Positions 13,733 through 25,310 are shown, counted from the first letter of the stretch. The stretch: 64,000 nucleotides of DNA from an uncultured Gammaproteobacteria bacterium (GCA_963748215.1 CAVVHS010000009.1:224001-288000), one strand, 5' to 3'. Notes: generated by a model from the sequence alone, not told the origin. Numbers and translations: made by a program.

Positions 13733-15079
13733 ATGGCGGAAATGTTTGACAAGGCGGGCAGAACGCTGGTGGTCGGTCTGGGCGAGACCGGGCTGTCGGT
13801 TGCGCGCTTTCTGTCGAGTCGCGGCGTACCGGTGGCGGTCGTCGACAGCCGTGCGCAGCCGCCCGGACTGGAACGCATGCGCAGCGGCGAGCTGGCCGAC
13901 GTGGCGTTGTTTCTCGGCGGCTTCAGCGACGAGGCCTTCGAGCGCGCCGAGTCGATCGTGCTCAGCCCCGGCATTCCGCTGGACGAGCCGCATGTCGCGG
14001 CAGCACGTGCGCGCGGCATCCCGGTCATCGGAGATATCGAGTTGTTCGCACAGGCCGCGGAGGCCCCCGTCATCGGAGTCACCGGGTCCAACGGCAAGAG
14101 CACGGTCGTGACCCTGCTGAGCGCGATGGCGCGTCGCGCCGGTATCGATGTGCGCACCGGCGGCAACATCGGCACGCCGGCGCTGGACCTGATCGAGGAC
14201 GACGAGCCGGCACTGTACGTGCTGGAGCTGTCGAGCTTCCAGCTCGAGACGGTGCACAGCCTGCGCCTGCAGGCCGCGGCCGTGCTGAATATCAGTGAAG
14301 ATCACATGGACCGTTACGATGATCTGGCCGACTACGCGGCGGCCAAGCAGGTGATCTACACCAGCGCCGACCTGCAGGTGGTGAATGCCGACGACCCGGT
14401 CGTGCTGGCACTGGCGGACCCCGCCCGGCCGCAGCTGCGTTTCACCCAGGGCGTACCGGCGGCCGGGGAATACGGGCTGGTGCAGCTGGACGGCGTGACC
14501 TGGCTGGCGCGCGGCAGCGAGCGGCTGTTGCCCGCAACCGCCATCCGGCTGGCCGGCCGGCACAACCTGGCCAATGCCCTGGCCGCACTGGCGCTGGGCG
14601 AGGCAGCGGGCCTGCCGCTGGATGCCATGCTGGAAACACTGGCCGAGTTCCAGGGCCTGCCGCACCGCATGCAGTTCGTCGCCGAGCAAGACGGCGTGCG
14701 CTGGTACAACGACTCCAAGGGGACCAACGTCGGTGCCACGCTGGCGGCGATCGAGGGTCTCGAGGGGCCGCTGGTGCTGATCGCCGGCGGCGATGGCAAG
14801 GGCGCGGATTTCACGCCGCTCGCCAACGCGCTGCGCGACAAGGCCCGCGGCTGCGTGCTGATCGGCCGCGACGCGCCGCTGCTCGAGGCGGTGCTGGCGG
14901 ACGTGGTGGCAGTCCGGCATGCCGCGGACATGGCCGGCGTCGTGCGCGAGGCGGTGGCGATGGCCATCCCGGGTGACACAGTGCTGTTGTCGCCGGCCTG
15001 TGCCAGCACCGACATGTTTCGCAACTATATCGAGCGCGGCGAGCTGTTCATGCGCGCCGTGCGGGAGTACGTCAGCTGA
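13733..15079 (+). CDS. murD: UDP-MurNAc-L-Ala:D-Glu ligase MurD
   Basis: VVGLGETG, GVTGSNGKST, ELSSFQL, NDSKGTN, LSPACAS. Exact start uncertain. Confidence 0.97.
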   Translation: MAEMFDKAGRTLVVGLGETGLSVARFLSSRGVPVAVVDSRAQPPGLERMRSGELADVALFLGGFSDEAFERAESIVLSPGIPLDEPHVAAARARGIPVIGDIELFAQAAEAPVIGVTGSNGKSTVVTLLSAMARRAGIDVRTGGNIGTPALDLIEDDEPALYVLELSSFQLETVHSLRLQAAAVLNISEDHMDRYDDLADYAAAKQVIYTSADLQVVNADDPVVLALADPARPQLRFTQGVPAAGEYGLVQLDGVTWLARGSERLLPATAIRLAGRHNLANALAALALGEAAGLPLDAMLETLAEFQGLPHRMQFVAEQDGVRWYNDSKGTNVGATLAAIEGLEGPLVLIAGGDGKGADFTPLANALRDKARGCVLIGRDAPLLEAVLADVVAVRHAADMAGVVREAVAMAIPGDTVLLSPACASTDMFRNYIERGELFMRAVREYVS

Positions 15080-16290
15080 TGGCCGCCGCGAACCTGCAGG
15101 CAAGGCTGGTCGGGACGGGCGATGTGCGCCTGCCGCGGCTCGACTACACCCTGCTGGGGTGTGCGCTGGCACTGGCCTTGCTGGGACTGGTGATGGTGGC
15201 ATCCGCATCGATCACCATGGCCGATCGCGAACTGGGTCACCCGTTCTATTACGCGCTGCGTCAGGGCGTGTTCATCGGTCTCGGCCTGCTCGCCGGGCTG
15301 GCGTTGTTCCGGGTGCGGCTGGTCCTGCTCGACCGTATGGGCATGACATTGCTGCTCGGTGCCTTCCTGATGCTGTTGCTGGTGCTGGTGCCCGGCGTGG
15401 GTGTGAAGGTGAACGGCGCGGTGCGCTGGATCAACGCGGGCCTGTTTCGCCTGCAGGTGTCGGAGCCGGCAAAGCTGTTGTTCATTATCTACCTCGCCAG
15501 CTACCTGGCGCGGCACGGCGAAAGTGTGCGCAACCATGTATCCGGGTTCCTAAAGCCCGTCGGTCTGCTGCTGGCGATGGCCGTGCTGCTGTTGCTGGAG
15601 CCCGACTTCGGCGCCACCGTGGTGCTCGGCGCCACGGTGATGGGCATGATCTTCATGGCCGGCGTGAAACTCGTGCAGTTTTCCGGGATGCTGGGCCTGG
15701 CGGGCCTGCTGCTGGGCGGCGTGGCGGTGTCATCGAGCTATCGCATGGAACGGCTGAAGACCTTCCTCAATCCCTGGGCCGATCCCTTCGATTCCGGTTT
15801 CCAGCTGACCCAGTCGCTGATGGCCATCGGCCGCGGTGAATGGTTCGGTGTCGGTCTCGGCGCCAGTGTGCAGAAACTGTTCTACCTGCCGGAGGCGCAT
15901 ACCGATTTCGTGTTTGCCGTGACTGCCGAGGAGTTCGGCCTGCTGGGCGTGAGCGTCATTATCGCGCTGTACAGTGTGCTGGTGTGGCGTGCCTTCAGGA
16001 TTGCGGCGCAGGCCGGACAGGCCGAAAACCTGTTCGCGGCCAGCCTGGCCTACGGCATCGGCATCTGGTTCGGCCTGCAGAGCTTCATCAATATCGGTGT
16101 CAACATGGGCCTGTTGCCCACCAAGGGACTGACACTGCCGCTGATGAGTTACGGCGGTTCCAGCATGATCGTGATGTGCGCGGCCGTGGCCCTGTTGCTG
16201 CGCATCGATTATGAAACACGCTGCACCTGCGAAGGATTGCCGGCCAGCGGTACCGCGGCGGCGAAGCGCAACCGCAGGGTGGTCGCATGA
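15079..16290 (+). CDS. ftsW: SEDS peptidoglycan polymerase FtsW
   Basis: GAVRW, EPDFG, YLPEAHTDF, PTKGLTLPLMSYGGSS. Confidence 0.98.
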   Translation: MAAANLQARLVGTGDVRLPRLDYTLLGCALALALLGLVMVASASITMADRELGHPFYYALRQGVFIGLGLLAGLALFRVRLVLLDRMGMTLLLGAFLMLLLVLVPGVGVKVNGAVRWINAGLFRLQVSEPAKLLFIIYLASYLARHGESVRNHVSGFLKPVGLLLAMAVLLLLEPDFGATVVLGATVMGMIFMAGVKLVQFSGMLGLAGLLLGGVAVSSSYRMERLKTFLNPWADPFDSGFQLTQSLMAIGRGEWFGVGLGASVQKLFYLPEAHTDFVFAVTAEEFGLLGVSVIIALYSVLVWRAFRIAAQAGQAENLFAASLAYGIGIWFGLQSFINIGVNMGLLPTKGLTLPLMSYGGSSMIVMCAAVALLLRIDYETRCTCEGLPASGTAAAKRNRRVVA

Positions 16291-17408
16291 TGGCCGGGCG
16301 CGCACCGAACCGGCCGGTCCTGATCATGGCCGGTGGCACCGGCGGGCACGTCTTCCCGGCGCTGGCCGTGGCCGAGGAACTGACCGCGCGCGGCGTAGCG
16401 GTGTCCTGGCTGGGCACGCGACGCGGCCTGGAGGCACGCGTGGTACCGGCGGCGGGTTACCCGCTGGAGACGGTGCGCGTGTCCGGGCTGCGTGGACGCG
16501 GACTGCTGCGCCTGCTGGCCGCACCGTTCATGCTGGCCGGTGCCCTGTACCAGGCACTGCGCATCGAATGGCGGCTGCGTCCGCTGGCCGTGCTCGGCAT
16601 GGGTGGTTTTGCCTCCGGCCCCGGCGGCGTGATCGCCTGGCTGCTGCGCCGGCCGCTGCTGATACACGAACAGAATTCGGTGGCCGGGACCACCAATCGC
16701 TGGCTGGCCCCGCTGGCGCGCACCGTGATGGTGGCGTTTCCGGGCAGCCTGGCCAGCAAGTACCGGCCGGTGCATACCGGCAACCCGATACGCGGTGCGA
16801 TTACCCGGCTGGCGGCACCGACCGAACGGTTCGCCGGGCGTGCCGGCCCCTTGCGCGTGCTGGTGGTCGGCGGCAGCCTGGGCGCCTCTGCGCTCAACAA
16901 CGTGGTGCCGGCCGCGCTGGCACAGCTGGCGGCATGTCCGGAGCTTTATCACCAGACCGGCAAGCAGGATGTGGAGCAGGTGCGCACGGCCTATGCAGCG
17001 GCCGGCATCGAGGCGCGGGTCGAGCCGTTTATCGAGGACATGGCCAGTGTCTATGCCTGGGCCGATCTGGTGATTTGCCGCGCCGGTGCGCTGACGGTGG
17101 CGGAACTGGCGGTGGTCGGCGTGGCAGCGATCCTGGTGCCGTTTCCGCATGCCACCGACGACCACCAGACCGGCAATGCGCATTTCCTCGCCGATGCCGG
17201 TGCGGCCATCCTGCTGCCGCAGGATGCACTGACGCCGGCCCGACTGACCGGCATCCTGGCTGATTTCACCGGGCAACGCGACGTGCTGCTGGAAATGGCC
17301 TGCCGTGCGCGTGCGCTGGCCATGCCGGACGCGGCGCGGCGTGTCGCCGAACTGTGCCTGCAGGCCGCCGGCGTCGACGGCCGCCCGTCTGCCGGAGGTG
17401 CGGCATGA
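16287..17408 (+). CDS. murG: Lipid II GlcNAc transferase MurG
   Basis: [30 protein letters not shown]. Confidence 0.98.
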   Translation: MMAGRAPNRPVLIMAGGTGGHVFPALAVAEELTARGVAVSWLGTRRGLEARVVPAAGYPLETVRVSGLRGRGLLRLLAAPFMLAGALYQALRIEWRLRPLAVLGMGGFASGPGGVIAWLLRRPLLIHEQNSVAGTTNRWLAPLARTVMVAFPGSLASKYRPVHTGNPIRGAITRLAAPTERFAGRAGPLRVLVVGGSLGASALNNVVPAALAQLAACPELYHQTGKQDVEQVRTAYAAAGIEARVEPFIEDMASVYAWADLVICRAGALTVAELAVVGVAAILVPFPHATDDHQTGNAHFLADAGAAILLPQDALTPARLTGILADFTGQRDVLLEMACRARALAMPDAARRVAELCLQAAGVDGRPSAGGAA

Positions 17409-18844
17409 GCATGCAGCAGCCGACGCGCGGCACGCATCCGCAGGGCATGGGTCGGGTACGACGCATGCATTTCGTCGGGATCGGTGGCGCCGGCATGAGC
17501 GGCATTGCCGAGGTATTGCACAATCTCGGCTACCAGGTCAGTGGCTCGGACATGCGCGAGAGCGCGGTGACGCGGCGGCTGGCGGCAATGGGGATACGGG
17601 TGATGATCGGTCATGCGGCCGACCATGTGGCCGACTGCGACGCAGTGGTGGTGTCGACCGCGATCAATGCGGACAACCCGGAACTCCTGGCGGCGCGTGA
17701 GCGGCGTATCCCGGTGGTGCCACGTGCCGAAATGCTGGCCGAACTGATGCGTTTCCGCTTCGGCATCGGCGTTGCCGGTACGCACGGCAAGACCACCACG
17801 ACCAGCCTGATCGCCAGCCTGCTGGCCGAAGGCGGCCTGGACCCCACCTTCGTCATCGGCGGCCTGCTCAACAGCGCGGCCAGCCATGCACAGCTCGGGG
17901 CCGGCCACTACCTGGTGGCGGAGGCCGACGAGAGCGATGCCTCGTTCCTTTACCTGCAGCCGTCGATTGCCGTGGTGACCAATATCGACGCCGACCACCT
18001 GTCGACCTACGGCGGCGACTTCGACCGGCTGCGCCAGACCTTCATCGACTACCTGCATCACCTGCCGTTCTACGGTCTGGCCGTGCTGTGTCTGGACGAC
18101 CCCGAGATCCGGAGCATTCTTCCCGAGGTCACGCGCCCGGTGACCACCTACGGACTCGATGCGACGGCCGATATCTTTGCCAGCGACGTACAGCAGGTCG
18201 GTGCACAGACCCATTTCAAGGTGCATCGCCAGGAACACGCGGCTCCGGTTTCCATCACGCTCAACCTGCCCGGGCGCCACAATGTGCAGAATGCGCTGGC
18301 GGCGATTGCGGTGGCAACCGAACTGGGCGTGTCGGATGCGAATATCCAGAAGGCGCTGCTGGAATTCCAGGGCATCGGTCGGCGCTTCCAGATCGCCGGC
18401 GAGATTCCCGTGGCGGCGGGCAAGGTACTGCTGATCGACGATTACGGCCACCATCCGCGCGAGCTGGCGCCGACCATCGCCGCGGCGCGTGCCGGCTGGC
18501 CCGACCGGCGTCTGGTGGTGGTGTTCCAGCCGCACCGTTACACGCGCACGCGCGACCTGTTCGACGATTTTGCGCAGGTACTGTCGGAGGTCGACGTGCT
18601 GGTACTGTGCGAGGTCTATGCCGCAGGCGAGGCACCCATCGCCGGCGCCGACGGCCGCGCGCTGGCACGCGGTATCCGCGCGCGCGGCCAGGTCGATCCG
18701 GTGTTCGTCGACGACCTGGACACGCTGCCGCACGTGCTCGGTGACCTGCTGATGGACGGCGATCTGCTGCTCACGCTGGGTGCGGGCGATATCGGTGCGG
18801 CCGCGCAGCGACTGGTCGTGGAACTGGCCGCAGGTGCAGGGTGA
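17405..18844 (+). CDS. murC: UDP-MurNAc:L-Ala ligase MurC
   Basis: [42 protein letters not shown]. Confidence 0.98.
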   Translation: MSMQQPTRGTHPQGMGRVRRMHFVGIGGAGMSGIAEVLHNLGYQVSGSDMRESAVTRRLAAMGIRVMIGHAADHVADCDAVVVSTAINADNPELLAARERRIPVVPRAEMLAELMRFRFGIGVAGTHGKTTTTSLIASLLAEGGLDPTFVIGGLLNSAASHAQLGAGHYLVAEADESDASFLYLQPSIAVVTNIDADHLSTYGGDFDRLRQTFIDYLHHLPFYGLAVLCLDDPEIRSILPEVTRPVTTYGLDATADIFASDVQQVGAQTHFKVHRQEHAAPVSITLNLPGRHNVQNALAAIAVATELGVSDANIQKALLEFQGIGRRFQIAGEIPVAAGKVLLIDDYGHHPRELAPTIAAARAGWPDRRLVVVFQPHRYTRTRDLFDDFAQVLSEVDVLVLCEVYAAGEAPIAGADGRALARGIRARGQVDPVFVDDLDTLPHVLGDLLMDGDLLLTLGAGDIGAAAQRLVVELAAGAG

Positions 18845-18851
18845 ACAGGGG

Positions 18852-19754
18852 ATGATGGCGGCGCAACAAACACAGGCCTGGCGCGGTGACCTGCGGTTCG
18901 ACGAACCCATGGACCGTCACGTCAGCTGGCGTGCCGGCGGCAAGGCGCGGCGCTTCTTTCAGCCGGCCGACCTCGCCGACCTGTGCGCGTTTCTGCGCGA
19001 AATGGAACCGGCCGAGCCGTTGCTCTGGGTTGGGCTGGGCAGCAACCTGCTGGTGCGCGATGGCGGCTTTCCCGGCACGGTGCTGATGATGTTCGGCGCG
19101 CTGACAGGGCTGGACTGGCTGGATGCGCAGCTGTTGCGCACCGAGGCCGGGGTGAGCTGCGCCAAGGTCGCGCGTACCGCCAGCCGCAGCGGCCTGACCG
19201 GTGTGGAATTCCTCGCCGGCATCCCCGGCACCATGGGCGGTGCGCTGGCGATGAATGCCGGGGCGTTCGGCGGCGAGACCTGGTCGCACGTGGCAGCGGT
19301 GGAGACGGTCGACCGCCGGGGCAATCTGCAGACCCGCACTCCTGAGGAATTCCGCGTGGCCTATCGCTCGGTCGGCGGCAAGCCGGATGAATGGTTCGTC
19401 GCCGCCCACCTGGCGCTGGACAAGGGCGATGCCGTGCAGGCCCAGGCACGCATTCGCGAACTGCTGGCACGGCGCGGCGCCACCCAGCCGGTGCAGCAGT
19501 ACAGCTGTGGCTCGGTGTTCCGCAATCCGCCGGGTGATTACGCCGCGCGCCTGATCGAGGCCTGCGGTCTCAAGGGCAAACGGGTCGGCGGTGCGCAGGT
19601 GTCGGAGAAGCACGCAAATTTCATTATCAATACCGGCAATGCCAGCGCCGCGGATATCGAAACGCTGCTGTTGCAGGTACAGGGCACGGTCGAGCAGCAG
19701 CAGGGTGTGCGTCTGGAGACCGAGGTGCGCATCGTGGGAGAGCCGCCGGCATGA
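18852..19754 (+). CDS. murB: UDP-N-acetylenolpyruvoylglucosamine reductase
   Basis: GLGSNLL, GIPGTMGGA, MNAGA, GSVFRNP, KHANF. Confidence 0.98.
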   Translation: MMAAQQTQAWRGDLRFDEPMDRHVSWRAGGKARRFFQPADLADLCAFLREMEPAEPLLWVGLGSNLLVRDGGFPGTVLMMFGALTGLDWLDAQLLRTEAGVSCAKVARTASRSGLTGVEFLAGIPGTMGGALAMNAGAFGGETWSHVAAVETVDRRGNLQTRTPEEFRVAYRSVGGKPDEWFVAAHLALDKGDAVQAQARIRELLARRGATQPVQQYSCGSVFRNPPGDYAARLIEACGLKGKRVGGAQVSEKHANFIINTGNASAADIETLLLQVQGTVEQQQGVRLETEVRIVGEPPA

Positions 19755-20722
19755 GCGAACGTACCGATCCGCGTAGCTACGGCAAGGTTGCCGTGCTGCT
19801 TGGTGGTCGTTCGGCCGAGCGCGAGGTGTCGCTCAGGAGCGGCGCCGCAGTGCTCGCCGCGCTGCAGGCCGCCGGCGTCGATGCGCAGGCGGTGGACAGC
19901 GCGGAAGACGGCCTGCACGAGCGGCTTGTCAGTGGCGGTTACGCGCGCGCCTTCATCGCGCTGCACGGGCGCGGCGGCGAGGATGGCGTCATGCAGGGCA
20001 TGCTGGAAACGCTGGACATGCCCTATACCGGCAGCGGTGTGCTGGGTTCGGCGCTGGGTATGGACAAGTTGCGTACCAAGCAGATCTGGCAGAGCGCGGG
20101 TATCCCCACGCCGGATTTCGCCCAGCTGGAGAACGAGGAGGAGGTGGCCGCGCGGCGCGACAGCCTGCACTACCCGGTCATCGTCAAGCCGGCGCACGAA
20201 GGCTCCAGTATCGGTATCAGCAAGGTGGAGCGCGCGAGCGGATTACTGCAGGCATGGCAGGCGGCGGCGCGCTTCGACCGCAGCGTGCTGGTCGAGCAGT
20301 GGGTCGATGGTGTGGAATACACCACCGGCATCCTGGGCGAGACGGCCCTGCCGCTGATCCGGCTGGAGACGCCCCATGCGTTTTACGACTACGCGGCCAA
20401 GTACCAGGCGGATACCACGCGTTACATCATTCCATGCGGCCTTGATGCCGGCCACGAGCAGCAGTTGCAGCAGCTTTCCCTGCAGGCGTTTCGCGCGGTC
20501 GACGCGCATGGCTGGGGGCGCGTCGATTTCATGCTGGACGCTGCCGGCAGGCCCTGGTTTATCGAGGTCAACACGGTGCCGGGACTGACGGATCACAGCC
20601 TGGTGCCGATGGCGGCGCAGGCCAGCGGCGTGGCGTTCGGTGAACTGGTGCTGAAAATACTGGACAGCAGTTTCGCGCGGGACGCGACAGGACATGCGGG
20701 GGTGCAACATGCCCAGGGTTGA
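19751..20722 (+). CDS. ddlB: D-alanine--D-alanine ligase
   Basis: GGRSAEREVSL, LHGRGGEDG, GSSIG, EVNTVPG. Confidence 0.97.
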   Translation: MSERTDPRSYGKVAVLLGGRSAEREVSLRSGAAVLAALQAAGVDAQAVDSAEDGLHERLVSGGYARAFIALHGRGGEDGVMQGMLETLDMPYTGSGVLGSALGMDKLRTKQIWQSAGIPTPDFAQLENEEEVAARRDSLHYPVIVKPAHEGSSIGISKVERASGLLQAWQAAARFDRSVLVEQWVDGVEYTTGILGETALPLIRLETPHAFYDYAAKYQADTTRYIIPCGLDAGHEQQLQQLSLQAFRAVDAHGWGRVDFMLDAAGRPWFIEVNTVPGLTDHSLVPMAAQASGVAFGELVLKILDSSFARDATGHAGVQHAQG

Positions 20723-21482
20723 GGCCGGTATCGGGACACAGCTTGCCGCGCTGCTGCGCGCCCGGGCACGCACCCTGTCCGGTCTGCTGCTGCTCGGCTT
20801 GCTCGGGGTGGCCACGCTGCAGGGCATGCGCTGGTTTTCCGATCCCTACCGCTTCCCGCTCGGTGTGGTCGAGGTGAAGGGCGACTTCCGCTACCTGCAG
20901 AAGGAGCAGTTGCAGGCGGCCGTGGCACCGCATGCGACCGGCGGATTTTTCACGGTCGACGTGGTGGCGATACGTGCCGCCGCCGAGGCCCTGCCCTGGG
21001 TTTACAAGGCCTCGGTGCAGCGTATCTGGCCGGAGACAGTGCGTGTACAGATCGAGGAACAGCAGCCGGTTGCCCACTGGCACGGGCAGGGCTTTCTGAA
21101 CCGCTACGGCGAGGCGTTTTTTCCGGAACAGGAGCAGCACGACACCGAACTGCCCTGGCTGGACGGGCCCGACGGCCAGGAGCGCAAGGTCCTGGAACGC
21201 TACCGGCAGGTCAGCGCGACGCTTTCGCCGCTGGGATTGCAGGTAGAGCGTCTGCAGGTCGACGGGCGCCGTGCGTGGGAGTTGCAGCTTGCCGGCGATA
21301 TCGCGCTGAAGCTCGGCCGCATGCAGCCCTGGCTGCGCCTGCAGCGCTTTGTCCGCGCCTGGCCCAGCGTGTTCGCGGCCAGGCTGGCGGATTTGCGTAC
21401 CGTCGACCTGCGTTACAGCAATGGATTCTCGGTGGTCTGGCAACAGACCGGCGGCAATGGTGAAACGGGCATCAAGGGTTAA
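20709..21482 (+). CDS. ftsQ: Cell division protein FtsQ
   Basis: TM segment, POTRA region (LPWV..ASVQRIWP), DLRYSNGF. Confidence 0.95.
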   Translation: MPRVEAGIGTQLAALLRARARTLSGLLLLGLLGVATLQGMRWFSDPYRFPLGVVEVKGDFRYLQKEQLQAAVAPHATGGFFTVDVVAIRAAAEALPWVYKASVQRIWPETVRVQIEEQQPVAHWHGQGFLNRYGEAFFPEQEQHDTELPWLDGPDGQERKVLERYRQVSATLSPLGLQVERLQVDGRRAWELQLAGDIALKLGRMQPWLRLQRFVRAWPSVFAARLADLRTVDLRYSNGFSVVWQQTGGNGETGIKG

Positions 21483-21498
21483 CAGGATAAGGGTAAGG

Positions 21499-22734
21499 AT
21501 GGCGAAGAAGGCTGAAAAGAATCTGATTGTCGGTCTGGATATCGGCACCTCGAAGGTGGTGGCGATTGTCGGGGAGGTCATGCCTGACGGTGAGCTCGAG
21601 GTGATCGGCATCGGCTCGCATCCGTCGCGCGGCCTGAAAAAAGGCGTGGTGGTCAATATCGAGTCCACCGTGCACTCGATCCAGCGCGCGGTGGAAGAGG
21701 CTGAACTGATGGCAGGCTGCCAGATTCACTCGGTGTATGCCGGTATCGCGGGCAGCCACATCCGCAGCCTGAATTCACATGGCATCGTGGCGATCCGCGA
21801 CAAGGAGGTCACGCCCGGCGACGTGGAACGCGTCATCGACGCCGCACGCGCCGTGGCAATCCCGGCCGACCAGAAGATCCTGCACATCCTGCCGCAGGAT
21901 TTCGTGATCGATAACCAGGAGGGCATTCGCGAGCCGGTCGGCATGTCCGGTGTGCGCCTTGAGGCCAAGGTGCACATGGTCACCGGTGCCGTCAGTGCGG
22001 CGCAGAACATCATCAAGTGCGTGCGTCGCTGCGGACTGGAGGTGGACGACATCATCCTCGAACAACTGGCCTCGAGTTACTCGGTGCTGACCGAGGACGA
22101 GAAGGAACTCGGCGTCTGCCTCGTCGACATCGGCGGCGGTACCACCGATATCGCGGTGTTTACCGAGGGCGCGATTCGCCATACCGCGGTCATCCCGATC
22201 GCCGGTGACCAGGTCACCAATGACATCGCCGTCGCGCTGCGCACGCCCACGCAGCATGCCGAGGAGATCAAGATCAAGTACGCCTGCGCGCTGACCCAGC
22301 TGGCCAGCGCGGATGAAAGCATCGAGGTGCCGAGTGTCGGCGATCGGCCGCCGCGCCAGCTGGCGCGCCATACGCTGGCCGAGGTGGTCGAGCCGCGCTA
22401 CGAGGAATTGCTCACGCTGATCCAGGCCGAGTTGCGCCGCAGCGGCTTCGAGGACCTGGTGGCGTCAGGCATCGTGCTGACCGGCGGCAGCGCCAAGATC
22501 GAGGGACTGGTCGACCTCGCGGAAGAGGTCTTTCACATGCCGGTACGGCTGGGCGTTCCCCAGTACGTCACCGGCCTGGTTGATGTAGTACGCAACCCGA
22601 TATTCGCGACCGGTGTCGGGTTGTTGCTGTTCGGTCATCACAATCGTGACCAGCGGTCATTGGATATCGGTCTGGGCAAGGGCGTACGCGGGGTGTGGGA
22701 CAGGATGAAAGGCTGGTTTCAGGGAAATTTCTAG
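21499..22734 (+). CDS. ftsA: Cell division protein FtsA
   Basis: GLDIGTSKV, DIGGGTTD, VLTGG, C-terminal amphipathic WFQGNF. Confidence 0.99.
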   Translation: MAKKAEKNLIVGLDIGTSKVVAIVGEVMPDGELEVIGIGSHPSRGLKKGVVVNIESTVHSIQRAVEEAELMAGCQIHSVYAGIAGSHIRSLNSHGIVAIRDKEVTPGDVERVIDAARAVAIPADQKILHILPQDFVIDNQEGIREPVGMSGVRLEAKVHMVTGAVSAAQNIIKCVRRCGLEVDDIILEQLASSYSVLTEDEKELGVCLVDIGGGTTDIAVFTEGAIRHTAVIPIAGDQVTNDIAVALRTPTQHAEEIKIKYACALTQLASADESIEVPSVGDRPPRQLARHTLAEVVEPRYEELLTLIQAELRRSGFEDLVASGIVLTGGSAKIEGLVDLAEEVFHMPVRLGVPQYVTGLVDVVRNPIFATGVGLLLFGHHNRDQRSLDIGLGKGVRGVWDRMKGWFQGNF

Positions 22735-22832
22735 AGTGAATGTAATTGTTGCCGTGATCGGAGAGGTTGTCACGGCGTTTGTTAATCATTTTTCAGGGCT
22801 AATTTTTGTTGTTTCTTTCAGGAGGAGACATC

Positions 22833-23999
22833 ATGTTTGAATTACTGGATTCATGCGGACAAAGTGCGGTTATCAAGGTAATCGGTGTCGGTGGCGGTGG
22901 CGGTAATGCCGTGCAGCATATGGTCGATGCCAACATCGACGGCGTGGAGTTCATCTGCGCCAATACCGATGCACAGGCCTTGCAGAACATGTCGGCACGC
23001 ACCACCTTGCAGATCGGCGGTTCCATCACCAAGGGTCTCGGAGCCGGTGCCAATCCCGATGTGGGTCGCCAGGCCGCACACGAAGACCGGGAACGCATCG
23101 CGGAGGTTATCGAGGGTGCCGACATGCTGTTCATTACCGCCGGCATGGGCGGCGGGACCGGTACCGGTGCGGCACCGGTGGTGGCACAGATCGCCAAGGA
23201 AATGGGCATCCTGACCGTGGCGGTGGTGACCAAGCCGTTCACCTTCGAAGGCAGCCGCCGCCTGCATGTCGCACACAACGGCATCAAGGAGCTGAGTCAG
23301 TACTGCGATTCACTGATCACGATCCCGAACGAGAAGCTGCAGCTGGTGCTGGGCAAGCAGATCAGCCTGCTGGCTGCCTTCAAGTCCGCCAACGATGTGC
23401 TGCTGGGCGCGGTGCAGGGTATTGCTGAGCTGATCACCCGCCCGGGCCTGATCAACGTCGACTTTGCGGACGTGCGCACGGTGATGTCCGAGATGGGCAT
23501 GGCGATGATGGGTTCCGGTACCGCGAAGGGTGACGATCGCGCACGCGAGGCCGCCGAGGCCGCCGTGGCCAGCCCGCTGCTCGAGGACATCGACCTGATG
23601 GGCGCCAACGGCATCCTGGTGAACGTCACTGCCGGCCTGGACCTGGGAATCGGCGAGTTCGAGGAGGTCGGCAACACGGTCAAGGAATTCGCTTCCGAGA
23701 ACGCGACCGTGGTGGTCGGCACCGTCATCGATCCGGACATGCGTGACGAACTGCGCGTTACCGTGGTCGCGACCGGTCTCGGCATGCAGCCGAAGCGACC
23801 CGCCGAAAAGCCCACGGGTCTGCATCTGAAAACGGTTACCCGGGAAGCAGCTGAGGGTGGCAAGGAGCCCGAGAATTACGATATTCCGACCGTGAAACGC
23901 CGGAGTGCGGCCCAGCGTGCCCAGGCGGTCGGCGGTAATTCGGCCGAGGACATGGATTATCTCGACATCCCGGCGTTTCTGCGCCGTCAGGCCGACTAG
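22833..23999 (+). CDS. ftsZ: Cell division protein FtsZ
   Basis: GVGGGGGNAV, GGGTGTG tubulin motif, DIPAFLRRQAD tail; GGAGG RBS. Confidence 0.99.
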   Translation: MFELLDSCGQSAVIKVIGVGGGGGNAVQHMVDANIDGVEFICANTDAQALQNMSARTTLQIGGSITKGLGAGANPDVGRQAAHEDRERIAEVIEGADMLFITAGMGGGTGTGAAPVVAQIAKEMGILTVAVVTKPFTFEGSRRLHVAHNGIKELSQYCDSLITIPNEKLQLVLGKQISLLAAFKSANDVLLGAVQGIAELITRPGLINVDFADVRTVMSEMGMAMMGSGTAKGDDRAREAAEAAVASPLLEDIDLMGANGILVNVTAGLDLGIGEFEEVGNTVKEFASENATVVVGTVIDPDMRDELRVTVVATGLGMQPKRPAEKPTGLHLKTVTREAAEGGKEPENYDIPTVKRRSAAQRAQAVGGNSAEDMDYLDIPAFLRRQAD

Positions 24000-24232
24000 C
24001 GAGTCGCGCGGTTGTGCAGGTCCCGGGCAAATCGCCCGGGATCCGGCGTGGTCCTGATAGCTACATGAAGCTGATATGTAGATAAGTTATTTTGATGACG
24101 AACTTATGCTGTATCAGACACATCAGAGTGTGACCGTATTCTAGGCAGGTTAATGAGCATGTGCTAATATTGCCGCGGCTTTCCTGGTGCTTGTCTGAGA
24201 ATAAGGCTCATTATTAGAGGAAACATAAGGCC

Positions 24233-25144
24233 ATGATTCGACAACGTACTCTCAAGAACGTGATTCGTGCGACTGGCGTGGGACTGCATACTGGCGAGAA
24301 AATCTACCTGACCTTGCGTCCGGCGCCGGTGGACACCGGTATCGTGTTTTGTCGTGTCGATCTGGAACATGTCGTGCAGATTGCAGCGCGCCCCGAGAAC
24401 GTGGGCGACACCCGTCTGTCCACGACACTGGTCAGTAACGGTGTCCGGATCTCCACGGTCGAACACCTGCTGTCGGCAATGGCCGGACTGGGCATCGACA
24501 ATGCCTACATCGACCTGAGCGCGGCCGAGGTCCCGATCATGGACGGCAGCGCCGGCCCGTTCGTATTCCTGATTCAGTCGGCAGGCATCGAGGAACAGGA
24601 TGCACCGAAGCGGTTCATCCGCATCAAGCACCCGGTGCAGGTCGAGGACGGTGACAAGATTGCCCGTTTCGAACCCTTTGACGGTTTCAAGGTGGGTTTT
24701 ACCATTGAATTCGATCACCCGGTCTTCAAGTCCAATACCCAGCATTCCGAGATCGATTTTTCCACGACCTCGTTCGTCAAGGAAGTCAGCCGGGCGCGCA
24801 CATTCGGTTTCATGCACGAGATCGAACAGCTGCGCGAGCGCAAGCTGGCGCTGGGCGGCAGCCTGGACAATGCCGTGGTGCTGGACAATTACCGGGTGCT
24901 GAATGAAGACGGTTTGCGTTACCGTGACGAATTCGTGAAACACAAGATACTGGATGCCATTGGCGACCTCTACCTGCTCGGTCACAGCCTGATTGGCGCC
25001 TTCAAGGGCTACAAGTCGGGACACGCGCTCAACAACAAGTTGCTGCGTGCGCTGGTGGCGGATGAGTCGGCCTGGGAGGAAGTGACATTTGAAGACATGA
25101 GCGAGGCGCCGATCTCGTTCCTGCAGCCGGTACCCGCCAGTTGA
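24233..25144 (+). CDS. lpxC: UDP-3-O-acyl-GlcNAc deacetylase
   Basis: [30 protein letters not shown]. Confidence 0.99.
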   Translation: MIRQRTLKNVIRATGVGLHTGEKIYLTLRPAPVDTGIVFCRVDLEHVVQIAARPENVGDTRLSTTLVSNGVRISTVEHLLSAMAGLGIDNAYIDLSAAEVPIMDGSAGPFVFLIQSAGIEEQDAPKRFIRIKHPVQVEDGDKIARFEPFDGFKVGFTIEFDHPVFKSNTQHSEIDFSTTSFVKEVSRARTFGFMHEIEQLRERKLALGGSLDNAVVLDNYRVLNEDGLRYRDEFVKHKILDAIGDLYLLGHSLIGAFKGYKSGHALNNKLLRALVADESAWEEVTFEDMSEAPISFLQPVPAS

Positions 25145-25158
25145 TCTGACACTCCGCT

Positions 25159-25206
25159 GCCTGCCGGTCCCGTCCTGACCCCAGGGTCAGGACGGGACCG
25201 GCAGGC
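25159..25206. repeat. Perfect 23-bp inverted repeat between convergent lpxC and dciA
   Basis: GCCTGCCGGTCCCGTCCTGACCC-CA-GGGTCAGGACGGGACCGGCAGGC; no poly-T tail on either strand. Confidence 0.9.
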
Positions 25207-25310
25207 GTTAATACTGCAGTTTTCACTCCAGAGTCCGATACAGTCTGAGAGACATGCTCGTGCGGTTCACCGCCCGGGCAACCCGCCGGGCGATGTCCCG
25301 GTTGGCACGT

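Noticed and set aside
12173-15208. 1011-aa minus-strand ORF and other long antisense ORFs (e.g. 1778-3703, 17051-18910, 26666-28357, 34967-36502)
   Set aside because: They lie opposite well-conserved genes, have no recognisable motifs and are expected shadow frames in high-GC coding DNA.
24061-24081. CTACAT-N9-ATGTAG inverted repeat upstream of lpxC (GATATGTAG also occurs before pilB)
   Set aside because: Too short to distinguish from chance without comparative data.
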